A DNA stretch of 53,228 nt, the filler included, from Sluysia triapertura (Eukaryota), in assembly GCA_046118255.1 (NCBI GenBank). It is 4 parts of 4 records of this genome, joined end to end, with 100 filler letters (N's around TTAATTAATTAA, not from the genome) between each part and the next. Parts side by side here need not be neighbours in the genome. Positions count along the whole stretch, not along the records: positions 13,467 to 29,681 come from JBJNIA010208367.1; positions 29,782 to 42,186 come from JBJNIA010112755.1; 2 more parts are not named here. One strand, written 5' to 3'. The notes under the pieces were generated by a model that had not been told where the DNA came from, did not search any database, and saw nothing but the letters and a program-made list of their open reading frames with translations. Of the stretch, positions 25,888 to 39,094 are shown one piece after another. Numbering within the stretch: position 1 is the first letter of the stretch; the number at the start of each line of letters is the position of its first letter. Position numbers and translations under genes: made by a program.

Positions 25888-26895
25888 ATGGAAGAACGAA
25901 TTCCAAAAAATCTTCAAGGTTTTTTAAAGTTTTGTATCAACGCTGATAGCAATGGAAATGTCACTGAAATTAACTCGGTAGAATATGAAGAGGTTATTTA
26001 TTCATTTTAATAATTATTGCAATAGAAAGCAAAATGGCTGAATAGCGTATTTAGGGAAATTACAGTGGATATTGGAAAACTATTGATTGACAATTTGAAT
26101 GTTTTAATAGAATTTATAGATGATAAAAGTAACGTTGAAAATGCGACAGAGGCTATTGAAAATTTGCTTGAAATTGTTGATAATGTTGATTATGCATCGG
26201 GTAATTAATTTTGTAATAAATTTAATTTATTTAGATTTTGTGAAAATTGGTGGGCTTAAGGTTATAAATAAATTAATTCAAGAAGATAGTGTCTTGTCTC
26301 CGGATGCTTCTCAATTATTAGCTGTTATAGTTCAAAATGATGAAAAGTTACAGAACGAAGTTATTGATAGTGGTTTTGTTGATTTATTACTTCAAAAACT
26401 TAAAAATACCGAAAATGGTAATCATATAAAGAAATATGTTTCCGGGTTGTCTTGTAAGAATTATATTAAGTGAGTAATTATTTAGGTTCCATTCGCGGGA
26501 TTGAGAAAGGAGTACATCAATTTATAAAGAGTAATGGCGTGGATATTATTATGTCTGCTATGAATAGGGGAAATAAAGAAGGATTAGTAAAATGCCTGTT
26601 TTTCTTGTGCTGCATTGTTCAATATGGTAATGAAAACGGCATTTTGTCAAATAAACAATTTAATGATTTATTAGTGCAGTTAGAATCAATAGATGATCTA
26701 AATAATCCAGCTTTAGAACATTTGTGTCAATTAATTAACATTTGCCTAAAGCAAAATGATCAGTTTCAGTGTCAATTAAATACTTATACAAATTTAAAGT
26801 GTTGGGTAACGAACAATTTGAAGATTTCAAAAGATAAAGCTGAATATGTGGAAATTCATGCACATTTAAGTAATATTAATGACATTATCAAATAA
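25888..26895 (+). CDS. HSPBP1: Hsp70 nucleotide-exchange factor HSPBP1/Fes1, 302 aa (exons 25888-25992, 26026-26200, 26235-26453, 26486-26895)
   Basis: MEERIPKNLQGFLKFCI, KWLNSVF, AIENLLEIVDNVDYASDFVKIGGL, LLAVIVQNDEKLQ and YVSGLSCSIRG match the Fes1 domain plus ARM repeats. All three GT-AG introns (33, 34, 32 nt) keep frame; AATAAA follows the stop. Confidence 0.9.
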
Positions 26896-27820
26896 TAAAT
26901 AAACAATATAAATAATATTGTTCTTATTTCATTCTGTTATTATCTGATACTAGTGGAATGATAATGAATCTTGTACGACGTCTCGGCAAGCTTTTAACTT
27001 GAAATAAAATAATGACTTTAATTACGTTTAATGAAATGTTTGTTTCTTGTCAAATCATTTGATCATTTAGCACCACAAGTTATCATTTACAACCTTTATA
27101 TACTTCCAATATTTTAAATTTGTAATAAAATGCACATTTTTGTGGTAAAACCAAGTATTGTGAAATTCTATACAATAAAGTAAAAATGTTTTGATTTATT
27201 TGATAAAAGAATGGATTGTTTGACAAACACAACTTTAGTTTAGTAGATTCAAAAATTTATGCTTAATTTTCATTAAAACGTGAAACGAAAGTTGGATTGT
27301 TACTAAAAAAATAACAAATTTACTCAAGTTTTTCAGTGCAATAATGTTTTTTGATTCGATGGTCTTAATATCTTAATTAAACCGTTCGCTAAGTGTAGTA
27401 TCCGCATTTAAATAATAATAATTTATCTAGGAGACGAATTAGAGGCTTATCTTAAGTTATTTTTGAAATGCATGACTTAATATTGTAGAAGGGATATTAT
27501 AAGGTTTTGATAAATATATTTATTGTTTTTTATACGTAATAGTAAATCTATAATGCAAAAAAGTGTATTACCTACTGAACTTTATTCGATTACCAAACTG
27601 TTAATAATAATAAATATAATTTATTAATGTTTTGTATTAAACTGTTAATAAAATTAAATCTTGTTTGTTATAATTGAGCTTATACCTCAAATAGTTTGGC
27701 ACAAATTTTAGTAAAGTTGGTTTATGGAATGTTATTTTTAATTGAAAACAATTTAGTCGAGTGTCGAACTTTTTAAAGTTAAAGTTAAAATTGATATAAA
27801 CTTTATTCGTATGATAAAAT

Positions 27821-29579
27821 TTAAATATTATGTTTTAAAATTTTATTTAGGTTTATTATGAACAAAGTAAGCAAATCAATTAACAAGAAATTAACAACTA
27901 TAATAAATTTTATATTTTTTGTTATAAAACAAAGTTTAAGTTTCGTTATTGTTATATCTTCGCGTACGTTATTCGGCCTTGGCCAAGAATTATCATCTAA
28001 AATAAAATGAAAATTTAAATTATAGATAAAGTGAATAAAATAAATAAATACGTTATTAGGATAATGCAGAACTTGTAAATTACACGCCATTATATTTTGA
28101 TCTTTAAACCATAAACAGTATGTGCAATTAATTTTATTAGAATTTACTTTAATGTTATTTTGGGATTTATAAATTTCTAATAGAGAGACCATATCTGTAG
28201 TGTCACGCTTGAGTAATCTTGGCATAAGTTTTGCATCAATACTGTACAATTCATAAGTCGTGATGTAATCTTCGCATCTACAAATTCTCATACGAACGTT
28301 TGTATAATCATCCCTAATAACATCACTATAATCTATAATTTTATTCAATTGATCCTTTTAACATTTTATAAACGATATTTATTTTATAATTTAAAACATT
28401 TGGTAAATCTAATAACTTGAGAACATCTCTAAAAATTCGATCAATTAATGTAAATATAAAATCAAAAATCATGTTATCATTGATAAATTGGATGAGATAA
28501 CTCATCACATGAAGAACAGAGTCACTACGAACATTTATTTCTTTTTTTGCATTTAACAAAAAATAAGGTAAGTGATTATTGTTGATTCATTATGAAAACA
28601 TGTAAAATAACTGAATAAAAATGTAACATGTAGTAGAACATTATCTTGTGTTACAAGTTTTAAATTATCTTTACTATGAACGGTCATCAAAATGTTAAAT
28701 GAAATGACGATATTCTCTCTATTACAACAGTAGCGTTTCGGAAAATCAATGGAGATAATCATAAATTTATCAGTATTATTCGTTTGACCTAATGTAATAT
28801 TACTCTTTTTCTCTTTCAGCATATTCTGTAAAAGTAATTGAGAATCGAAAAATATAATATATTTCATTAAAACGTTCACTATTAGCGACTGACTAGTTCT
28901 TTAAAAAATAATAAACGCTTACTATATGTATACATTGGATCCAACGACTGAAAACTGTGAATCTGTAACAAACTTTTTATCAATTCTAAATCCTGAATTG
29001 CGTACGAGGATTGAATAACATCGGTCTATAGACTCAAAATTGACATATGTGAATTTTATATAAAATTACCAATTATTAAACTAAATAATTTACTACTATT
29101 CTCAGTTGATACTAAAGATATCAGATGTTTGATAAATAGAACCATATTGTGGTCCATACAACTTTTTAATTTCGTGTACTAGTTGACAAACTGATGCCAT
29201 GAATTCGATTTGAAAATTAAGCTTAGGGTTATATTGTAACTCTTTATTCATTTAGTTTGACGTAGATTGATTCTCTTTTTAATATTCCTCCAACTTTTTA
29301 AAGTTTTTTTAACTCTTTATGAAAATTAAATTGTGTTAAAAATTTTACTGAATTACTTATTTTGATTGGCTGTTCAACCAGAGATGTATGAAAATAATGA
29401 TGAAACTTGCTCTGGTTGGACAGACACTGATAATCGTAATTGTTCAATTTATTGATACAATAAAATTGTTGAATTAGCCAACTATGATGGCCGCCATTAT
29501 CATCGTTGACAGTCAATTTCAAATGTTTAACAAAAATGTCACCGATGATGATGGCGGTGACATTGCTGGTTTTAATCAA
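27821..29579 (-). pseudogene. Chain of minus-strand ORFs of unknown function (frameshifted gene or repeat-borne ORF)
   Basis: ORFs 28553-28879, 28341-28559 and 27821-28348 overlap by 7-8 nt in the same orientation, with 29298-29579 further upstream. No recognisable domain. Confidence 0.3.
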
Positions 29580-29619
29580 GAATTTTTATTAATGTAATAA
29601 TTAATATTATTATTATTTT

Positions 29620-29620
29620 G

Positions 29621-29681
<61 letters not shown>
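29620..29681. repeat. (TAT)n microsatellite at contig end
   Basis: Perfect run ending at the spacer. Confidence 0.95.
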
Positions 29682-29781
29682 NNNNNNNNNNNNNNNNNNN
29701 NNNNNNNNNNNNNNNNNNNNNNNNNTTAATTAATTAANNNNNNNNNNNNNNNNNNNNNNNNNNNNNNNNNNNNNNNNNNNN
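29682..29781. other. Artificial contig spacer
   Basis: 44 N + TTAATTAATTAA + 44 N. Confidence 0.97.
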
Positions 29782-30129
29782 ACACTTTACGTTATTGTTC
29801 GAAGATCTTAAATGCTTATCAAGACTTCGAGAACGTTCAAAGGTTCATAAGATCTTAATTGACCTAAAGGTTCTAAAGTTCCAAAGGTACCCCAATGCTT
29901 CTAAAGGTTCTTCAAGTTCATCTCAAGCTTCCATAAGATCTCAAAGCCTTATATAGGTCTTTGGAACTCGAAGGTATTCTTTAATTGTTAGGATCATTAT
30001 AAATGTTTTCTCTATCATGATTCTTATTTCAATAATGTTTAATCCATCACTTGTACCAGTTTTTTCCCTCATTTTATGATTTTACTTATGTTCATTCCTT
30101 TCCAAATCCTCAGTTGGGCAATCCCAACA
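29782..30129 (-). mobile_element. LTR-like repeat, family A copy 2 (truncated by contig start)
   Basis: Starts TGTTGGGATTG on the minus strand; aligns by eye with 16080-16380. Confidence 0.6.
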
Positions 30130-30131
30130 AA

Positions 30132-30580
30132 TGTAAATTTACTATTATTATTATTACCCATTTATTGTATAATTTTTTTTGTTAAGAATAAAGAATTTCT
30201 TTTATAATTTGTTCCTTATTAATTTACATAGTTTTAAATTCTATTAAAACCTTAGATTTAATTGCTTTCAAAAAAACTAGAAGTTAATCCTGGTGGGAAA
30301 ATCTTTTCCAACGATTCCATATAAAGGAATCAACGTAAAATTAATAACTAAATTCAATTCTTTATTTAACTTTGAATTTGTAGTTTAACTTATCAAGACT
30401 TTAATTTTAACGTAACAAAGATATAGGATTTACCTCCAGATAGAAGGACTTTGTTGACATATTTTCTCAAAACCTATCTTACAAAATCCAACGGCTGGCC
30501 CTAGGTGGTAAGCCCAGTACGTTGGTGAACTCACATATTCAACTCGCTTTATTCTATTTACTTTACATACTTTTCTCACA
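30132..30580 (+). mobile_element. Solo-LTR-like element, family B copy 2
   Basis: TGTAAAT...ACTTTTTCTCACA termini and the conserved hairpin motif shared with 10663-11307. Confidence 0.5.
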
Positions 30581-33500
30581 AAACAAACAATACCTAGTAG
30601 CATTACAGTAAGATTTTATATTTATGCAAATCAATAAAGTACAATGTTCGAGGTAATTCTTTTCAAAGAATTAATAAATTACCACAAGTTGGCATAATTT
30701 ATGGAATATGATCGCAAGATGTTGCAGCTACAAGTCATAATAAAATGAAAAATAACCCAGAGCATCCATTAAGTTGTTGTAATTCGAATAATAACAAAAC
30801 AGTTACAATTCAATCTAATAGTTCGCTTAATTCAGTAGGTGATAATATAGATTCTGATACAATTCACATGAGTTTTGACTAAAAACAACAATACTAAAAT
30901 AAGAACGTAGAAAATGATAGTTAATCACGGAATACTAATTTTTTACTGCCAGAGAATATAATAAAGGAAGTATTTATTAATAAAGGAAGTATTAAGACTA
31001 ATGATGATTCTATGTTTCTGCTGGATTTTTCTACGAAAAAAGCTAATTTATCCTGGAAAAATGTCTAGAGGTCGAGTTCACCTAATAAGTACAATTTACA
31101 CCTATGAAGATGACGTCCTATTAAGATTTTAAAATCAGTCACGTAGTTGTTAAGTAAATAATTCATATTATTTTTACAATATTCGCTACATCACTTACTT
31201 TATTAAGTTAGTTAAGAATTACAATTTAAGCTAGTCTAGCAAATGACAATAAATTTTTTATCTAATAATATAAGCCTCAAAAATATATTATCTGCAACTA
31301 TGAGAAAGAATTATAGGATGTACTCAATTAATTACCGAAATTATAATTATGATAATGATTTTAAATGAGCATTTAAAGTTTAAGATTGATCTAGCCTGTG
31401 TAAGGTCTAGGATAAAATACTAATTAATTTAAGTAATATTTTAAATTCTTCCTATAGAAAGTGTGAAACAATAAAACTTATTTAAAATGATCATACTTCT
31501 GCATTGACATAATTAAAGTTCTCGATAATAGCTTCGTCAATATAATATCCTGTGTTAAAAATCTTGTCGAAGAACCCTACGCAAAAATCCTGTGTCGTAA
31601 TCGTGCGTTTTTATTTCCAAATTTATATGAAAAATTATATTCATTTACATGTTGATATTATTTGATCAATTGAAACAAAAATTAATCTTGTAGAATTTTT
31701 TTTGAAATATTAAAATATTTATCTTGTTTAAAATACAAAATTATAAAAATTAAAATCCAAAATTTATTTTATTTTATTTTTATATTTTATTTAATTTATA
31801 CGATTTATAATTTTATTTAAATAATTTTATTTACACAATTTTTAATTTAAATAATTTCATTTACACATCATACTTTATTTGGTATAATTATGGTAATATA
31901 AATACCGATATTTACTCAAACATTTGTAAATCAAGGCACAATCACATCAGATCAAGGTAAGAGTAGAACAACTAAATCGTTTACAAATACAGAAACGGGT
32001 CATAAATTTCATACTCGATATTGAACATTTAACAATCCAACTAATCTTTGATGCGCTTAAAGTACCGTTTAAGCCGTGTAATAACGCTACAGTTTACCTC
32101 ATGATGATTTCAAATTATCTAAATTAACATCAATTGATTGTGCAGAAAATCGTAAAAACGATGATTTATTATTAAATTATCAAAATGTTAGTTTAGAATT
32201 AAATAAGCTAAACATAAAATATAGTGATTTGACACTAGAAAAAAATTCATAAAGACAAATACATAAACATTTAACAACATAATATGGTACAAAAATTCTC
32301 CTTTTAAAACGCGAAATGAAACATTAGTAGCTAAAAATTTCGAAAATCAAAATTTATCTCTTATTATAGATGGTTTAAATAAACGGATTCGTGAGGATTA
32401 TCAAGCTAAAGATTCCGAAAAGTCATTAGAAATAATTAAATACGAAACATTTTAACAGAATTTTAAGAAATGTGTTAATTGTGTAAAATTTTTATTATTA
32501 TAAAATGATCGATAAAAAAATATAAATTGGCAACCAAAAAATTAAATCATTATTTATTTTACAAATGAATGAAATTTCACCACCTTTTAAGAATGATAGC
32601 TGTATGGTGCTCAATTTATTTGAGGAAAATTGCTGGGTGTTTTTCTTAATCTAAAAACCTAACCTACAGCAAAATAATTAATTATTATGAGTCCGTTTAC
32701 AGTATACGACTTCCTAATGGCGTATCTGTAAAATTACGTGAAAGCAATGATCAAATTAATTCGTACAAAAAATATTCTTTGCCTTAACTTAACAATAATG
32801 GGCAAAATTGTCGTTTATGTCAATTAGTAACAAACAACTTAAAAACTAGTTAAGACAAACGCTAGCTTAAGAGATATTCGAATTAGTATAAAAATCAGGT
32901 AAATAATGGTATAAAAACGTATCTTTTCTTATATTCTATTATAATAACTGTTAGAACTTTTAATTTCTCCTTATTTTATAAATGATATTAGAATTAATGT
33001 TCTTTCAACGAAAAATATATTCAAATTTAAGTTACAAAGTGAGTATTAATACAATTATAGTGAAAAGAACACTTTATAGTAATTTTTATTAAACCAAAAT
33101 ATATCAAAAATAAAACTAATATAAATTTACAAAAATATATGATGAACGAAACGAAAATTATAATAGAAAAACACTAAAAATGATAAATGATAAAAATGAT
33201 AATAAGGATCTAACCCAAAAAAAACTCTACCCTCCAATATCTATTTTATAATTGACCTTAATGGCCAACTAAAGGTCTGAGATTTTATATTTTAATGTGA
33301 TTTTATGATTGGCCTTGATGACCAACCGTATATTTTATAACTCTACGTGAAGTTAACAACTTATGTAAATCAAACTTAAGATTAATCAATGAAAAACGTG
33401 AATGATAGATAATTGTTTCTTCTTTCGAATGGATCGTGATATGGATGATGAAGAATCGTTCCCTCTAATCGTAGACGCGAGACACGATATAACAAATTGA

Positions 33501-34529
33501 AATGTTAATTTGGAGATTGATGAGGCCTTTGAGAAGAATCTGATACCGAGATGTCGACACGAATCCTAGTGACTGATTAGAAAATGGCGTAGTAACTTTT
33601 TAATGATGGCGATTTCTTTACTTGTGATTGTACTTGTCTTTGTTTGTCTTTATATAGTCATAAAGACATTTTAAAGTTTTTATTTTAATTAAACAAACTT
33701 CTTTCGAGAAGTTTCTTTTGTAATGTTTTTAATTAATAATAATAATTATAATTTTGATATAATTAAATGAATAATTTTTTAAATAGTATAAATTTTAATA
33801 ATTTTTATAATTTAAAAAAATCATAAAAATATAAATACAAAATATAAAATTATGTACACCCTTACATATATAATTATTTTTAAAAAATGTAAAAAATAAA
33901 GATTCAGATTATAATTTAAATTTTATATTTAGATCACTAGTAAAAAATTAAAAATTCATTAATTTTTCTAAAGTTAATCCTTAAGACAGGAAAATAATAA
34001 ACTTACATAATTATAAATATTTATGTTTGTAAATAAGAAACTTAAATTCATGAGTTTTAATTACGAAAATACTAAAAAAACAAATTATGAACACAAAATT
34101 AATATTAAAGTGGTCGTACATAATCTATAAAAAGCACAGTTTAAATATCAAAAGTAGTAATTTTAGTTCATTATTATTATACTTCTGAAAATAGGAGCAT
34201 ACACTTGACAAGTAATCATTTATTGGACATTATTTGTAGACTTCTCTTCATTGCTAGTGAGCTCCGAGCCTAACAATTTATTTTTATTATTGGATTTTAT
34301 AATTTTTCATTTTCCAATTTTTAATGTTAAGTTTGCTTGCCAGTCTAACGAGTATATATTAATCTAACATGATTTATTTAAACTCTACTATTTTTCGTGC
34401 TTTATACATAAAATCAAATACATTTGATAGTAAATTTTTTAATAAAATTTGTTTTAATTAACATCAACACGATAACAACCGATATCCAATTATCGATCTA
34501 TAAATTGTTAAAGATCTTAATTCCTTGAA

Positions 34530-36059
34530 ATGAGTGTTTCAATGTTAACTGCAAATAATTTAAATGATGGGGACAACAATAAGTTAAATAACTCTAATGA
34601 TTATGATTGGAAAAAATCACTCAAACTTCCTCCTAAAGATAACAGAATTAAAACATTGGATGTATTAGGAACTAAAGGAAGTACTTTTGAAACATATAAT
34701 TTAAATAGAGAATTAATGAAAGCAATATTTGAACGTGGTTGGGATTCACCGTCCCCAATTCAAGAACAAGGTATACCAGCAGCTTTAGCTGGTAATGACA
34801 TCTTGGCAAGAGCTAAAAATGGCACTGGTAAAACTGGAGCATATGCTTTACCGTTACTACAAAAAATTAATCCAGAGTTACAAGCAGTTCAAGGATTAAT
34901 TTTGGTTCCAACTAGAGAATTAGCTTTACAAACAAGTCAAATATGCATTGAATTATCAAAATATTTAAAATTAAAAGTGATGGTGACTACTGGTGGTACT
35001 GACCTTACTGAAGATATTTGTAGATTAAATAGACCAGTTCATTTAGTAATTGGGACACCCAGCAGAATACAAGATCTTTTAAAAAGAGAAGTTATTAATG
35101 GTCCACATTGTAAAACATTAGTCCTTGATGAAGCAGATAAATTATTATCCAAAGATTTAAAAGAAATTATGACTAATATTTTATTCTGCTTACCAAAAGA
35201 TAGAAAAATACTACTGTATTCTGCAACTTATCCAGTTACACTTCATGAATTTATGATGAAACATTTACGTAATCCTGTAAAAATTAATTTAATGGAAGAA
35301 TTAACTTTAAAAGGAATTACTCAATATTATGCTTATGTAAAAGAAAAACATAAAGTATGAAAATTTAAAAGTTTACGTAATCATATTTTTTATCTCTTAG
35401 GTACATTGTCTTAATACTTTATTTTCCAAACTAGCTGTCAATCAATCGATAATATTTTGTAATACAACTCAACGTGTTGAATTGTTGGCCAAGAAGATTA
35501 CTGAACTTGGTTATTCTTGTTATTACATTCATGCTAGAATGTCACAGCATTTTAGAAATAGGGTATTCCATGATTTTCGAGCAGGTCATTGTAGAAATTT
35601 AGTGTGCACTGATCTTTTTACAAGAGGAATCGATATTCCCACTGTCAACGTCGTCATTAACTTTGATTTTCCAAAGTATGCCGAAACATATTTACATAGA
35701 ATTGGTCGTTCAGGAAGATATGGTCACTTAGGAATTGCAATTAATTTGATTACATATGATGATAGGTATACGTTAAATACATTAAAATTCATTTGATTAT
35801 ATAATTTAGATACGCTTTAAAAGAAATAGAATCTCAATTGGATACAAAAATAGAGGCGATTCCAAAAGATGTGGACAAACGACTTTATGTTGCAGAATAT
35901 CAAACCGAAAATAATTTTGATGAAGCTACAAAAAAGGCTGTTATGAGTGGACGTGGATTACCAAGGTCCAATAAGCCGTGTGATGAAATTAAACGAGAAA
36001 CTAATGAAATGGGAACTGATATGGGTAATACCCCTCTGGGAAATAATACAAATAATTAA
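34530..36059 (+). CDS. DDX6: DEAD-box RNA helicase DDX6/Me31B/CGH-1/Dhh1, 479 aa (exons 34530-35354, 35401-35765, 35810-36059)
   Basis: [20 protein letters not shown] motif [72 protein letters not shown] and [15 protein letters not shown]. The 46- and 44-nt GT-AG introns restore frame. Confidence 0.97.
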
Positions 36060-36552
36060 TCAAGACTTTTAATCAAAATGTCATTGTTGTTTGATAGTTC
36101 AATTCCCTATTTCATTATTTGTAATATCGTTTTGAGTTTGGTTTTTACATAATAAAAATTGTTTTTTCCAAGTTTTGCATATATACAAAGTCAACAAATC
36201 AATTTATTTTTCAACTAAAAGCCTTTACATCATATATCTATAAAAACGAAACCAAATCGTCCACACCAATGAATTGAAAGATTAAGAATAAAATCTTGCT
36301 GTCATTTCAAAAAGGTTGTTTAGATGTTAAGATAGATACTAGTTAATTTTTTTGGACATGTTAAATGCATTAATGTTATTTTTATCAAGAGCATTGTGAA
36401 AACTTATAAACAATTTATAAGCAAACACAGGTTGAATAAATAAAAATAAAAGGAGTAATTAATGGATAAATATATCAGGTACAACTTTAAACAATATTAT
36501 GAATTTGTAATGAAAAGAGTTTTATTGTATTTAAATGAATTAATTTGTCATT

Positions 36553-36630
36553 TCAATTTTCACAATTTTGCTCTAAATAATCACCAATCTTGGAACACAC
36601 ATATTCAAATCCAGGTCTCTTTTTAGGATC
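36553..36630 (-). CDS. Terminal exon of a protein kinase (tyrosine-kinase-like subdomain XI), convergent with DDX6
   Basis: Strong acceptor TTTTATTTCAG then DPKKRPGFEYVCSKIGDYLEQNCEN*, matching the DPxxRPxF subdomain XI motif. Upstream exons not located. Confidence 0.55.
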   Translation of the reverse strand, partial: DPKKRPGFEYVCSKIGDYLEQNCEN

Positions 36631-38509
36631 CTGAAATAAAAAATTTAATTTAATCTTGAAATGAAAAAAAATAATTTAATATATTGAGTTTAATGATAGA
36701 ACTAATTTTAATGACATATAAATAAAATTAATGGTTTATATTTTTGGTTTATGAATTGCGATAAAATTGTTTATAACTTAAAATTATTACCACAGGCGCG
36801 TAGTCTTAATTGCTGAAGTGAAATAGAAAGAAAAATAAGCACGAAATAGACCAAAATTAAGTTAAATAAATATAAAAGATAATATTAGTCATGCTTATTT
36901 GTGATAGTTGTATCAACAATTATAGTTTTATATTTCATCAATTTTATATTCAATTAAATGAATATATAGTAACAATAATTACTGTTTATGTTAAATTTTG
37001 ATTTTATTATTTTGAATTAGATAAGAGATTGTCGGAAAACTTATAATCTTGAAATAATTGTTATATGATAATAATTTGTAAATTATTATCAATTGGTATC
37101 TCAAATATGTTTCTAAGGAACAAGCATGAGGCAATGACATGCAGATATGTCGAATTTCAAGTTATATATCAATCTCATTTTTGCTAAGAAACAAATAAAA
37201 ATGGACGGTTAGAAGGTGGCTTTTTCCATGCGTTTGTAGCAAACACTACGACTGAGGCTTTTACCTCTTTAGTAACTGATTCAATTTTATCGTGGTTATT
37301 TGAATCTTAGCCATTGTTGTGTTTATTAATTTATTTGTTATTTGGGTATAACCACTTATATGGGGGGGTTCTCTTACTAGATTTTGGTAATATATTTATA
37401 ATCCTGATTTATATTGAGTTACTGAATAAACGCGATTTTCATATTCTATGTCGTTGTGATAAAGTTAAAAATACTAAGATTCGGATTTGTTAAATTTTGA
37501 TGTAGAATTACTTTTACCAATTTAATATAAGAACATAAAAATAATAAAAATTGTGTACTGAACGCATATTAGATCTTTTAAATATGTATAAGGGAAAAAT
37601 CTTAGTGTTTATTGATTTTGTAAATTATATTGACATTTAGATAAAAAAATTGTAATCAACCAAGTAAAATTTATCTTGATAAATATTACCTAGTTCAGTG
37701 TACTAATGATTTGAGACTGCATTTGTATTTTATTAATTTCAAAAAAGAATGTAACCAAAAACGAAGATAAATGATTGTGCAATTAAAAAACAGTTATAAT
37801 TATATAAAAGGAAATTTTAAAAATAATTATTTTACTGCAGCTAGAAATTACCTAATAGTTAATATGTAAAAATAAAGTATAAAATAATGGATATTTATAG
37901 AATTATAAGAATTCTAACACATGCTTAATCTTAATATATCTACAATATCTTTATAAATCTAAGAGCATGCGTCAACAATGTTGTGTCACTTCTATCTTAA
38001 TAATTTCGTCACCCTCAAAATTTATAAAATTTCATATTCAACCTATTCACTTCACTGTTACTTTCCCATATTAACAGAAACTATAATAAATCATGCTCTC
38101 CAAACTCCAAACCTCACACTAAAATCATTTATATCAACATCATATTTCCTTCCCCTCTGATTATCATCCACACCATCATTATCTTCACTCTCAATGTTGT
38201 CTTTACTATTTTATTATTTTTGTAATTTTTATTATTTTTACTATTTCAAGTTATTCTTATTGTTTTACTATTTTTATGATTTTTGCTGTTTTGTTTATAT
38301 CTTTGCGATGGCAGTAATTTGTGGAAAAATGACCTACGACTGCCAAATATTTGAATTATCTTTTTTCATTTAACGAAGGTTTTAAAATGCATAATATGCA
38401 TTTTTCATTGCATTGTTATTATCATCAAATAATATTCATTATATGTTATTTTTTAATTATAATCTATATAATTTACAAAATTTAAATCATTTAAAATCTG
38501 ATTATCGAA

Positions 38510-39094
38510 TCCAATGACCAATGTGAAGGTGAAGTTGAAGGTAAGATAAATCATTTAGAATTTACTGTAGTGTATCTTAGAGAAATGTTTACTCAAAATT
38601 TGCCAGCAGATTTAACCACTAGTGATTTAAAGAAGTTATTAGAACCAAAATTAAATGTTACCTTGCTAAATCAAAAATTAATCTTACGCGGGATACTAAC
38701 TTATGATGTTACTCTAGGTGAATTAAAATTAAATAAATCCTGTAAAGCAACGGTTCCTGGTTTATCTCAAAATGAAACTGAAAGTTTATTTAAAATGGAA
38801 GCTGATGTTGAAGCTGTTTTGTCTGATCATTAGGATAAACTAATTAAGAATATTATGATACTTGAGAAACGTCATATGAATACAAATGTTGGTATGATAT
38901 CCCACACTAATGTAATTATGGCAGAAACCGTCAATTATGGAGCTTTGCAGACGCAGATTAATCTTCGAGACGCGCAACTTAATGTTCTTGTCGAAGGTCT
39001 GGCCAGTAAGACTTTTATTGATTCAAATTTTAATTTTACGTCAACGATTCATGTCATTTTTTTATGTATTATTATTATTTTTATAAAAACTTAA
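38510..39094 (+). pseudogene. Ubiquitin-like domain (UBFD1/UBL type) followed in frame, across one TAG, by a retropepsin-like segment
   Basis: LEFTVVYLREMFTQNLPADLTTSDLKKLLEPKLNVTLLNQKLILRGILTYDVTLGELKLNKSCKATVPG fits a UBL fold. ORF 38855-39094 is in the same frame and contains LNVLVEGLASKTFID. Confidence 0.5.
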
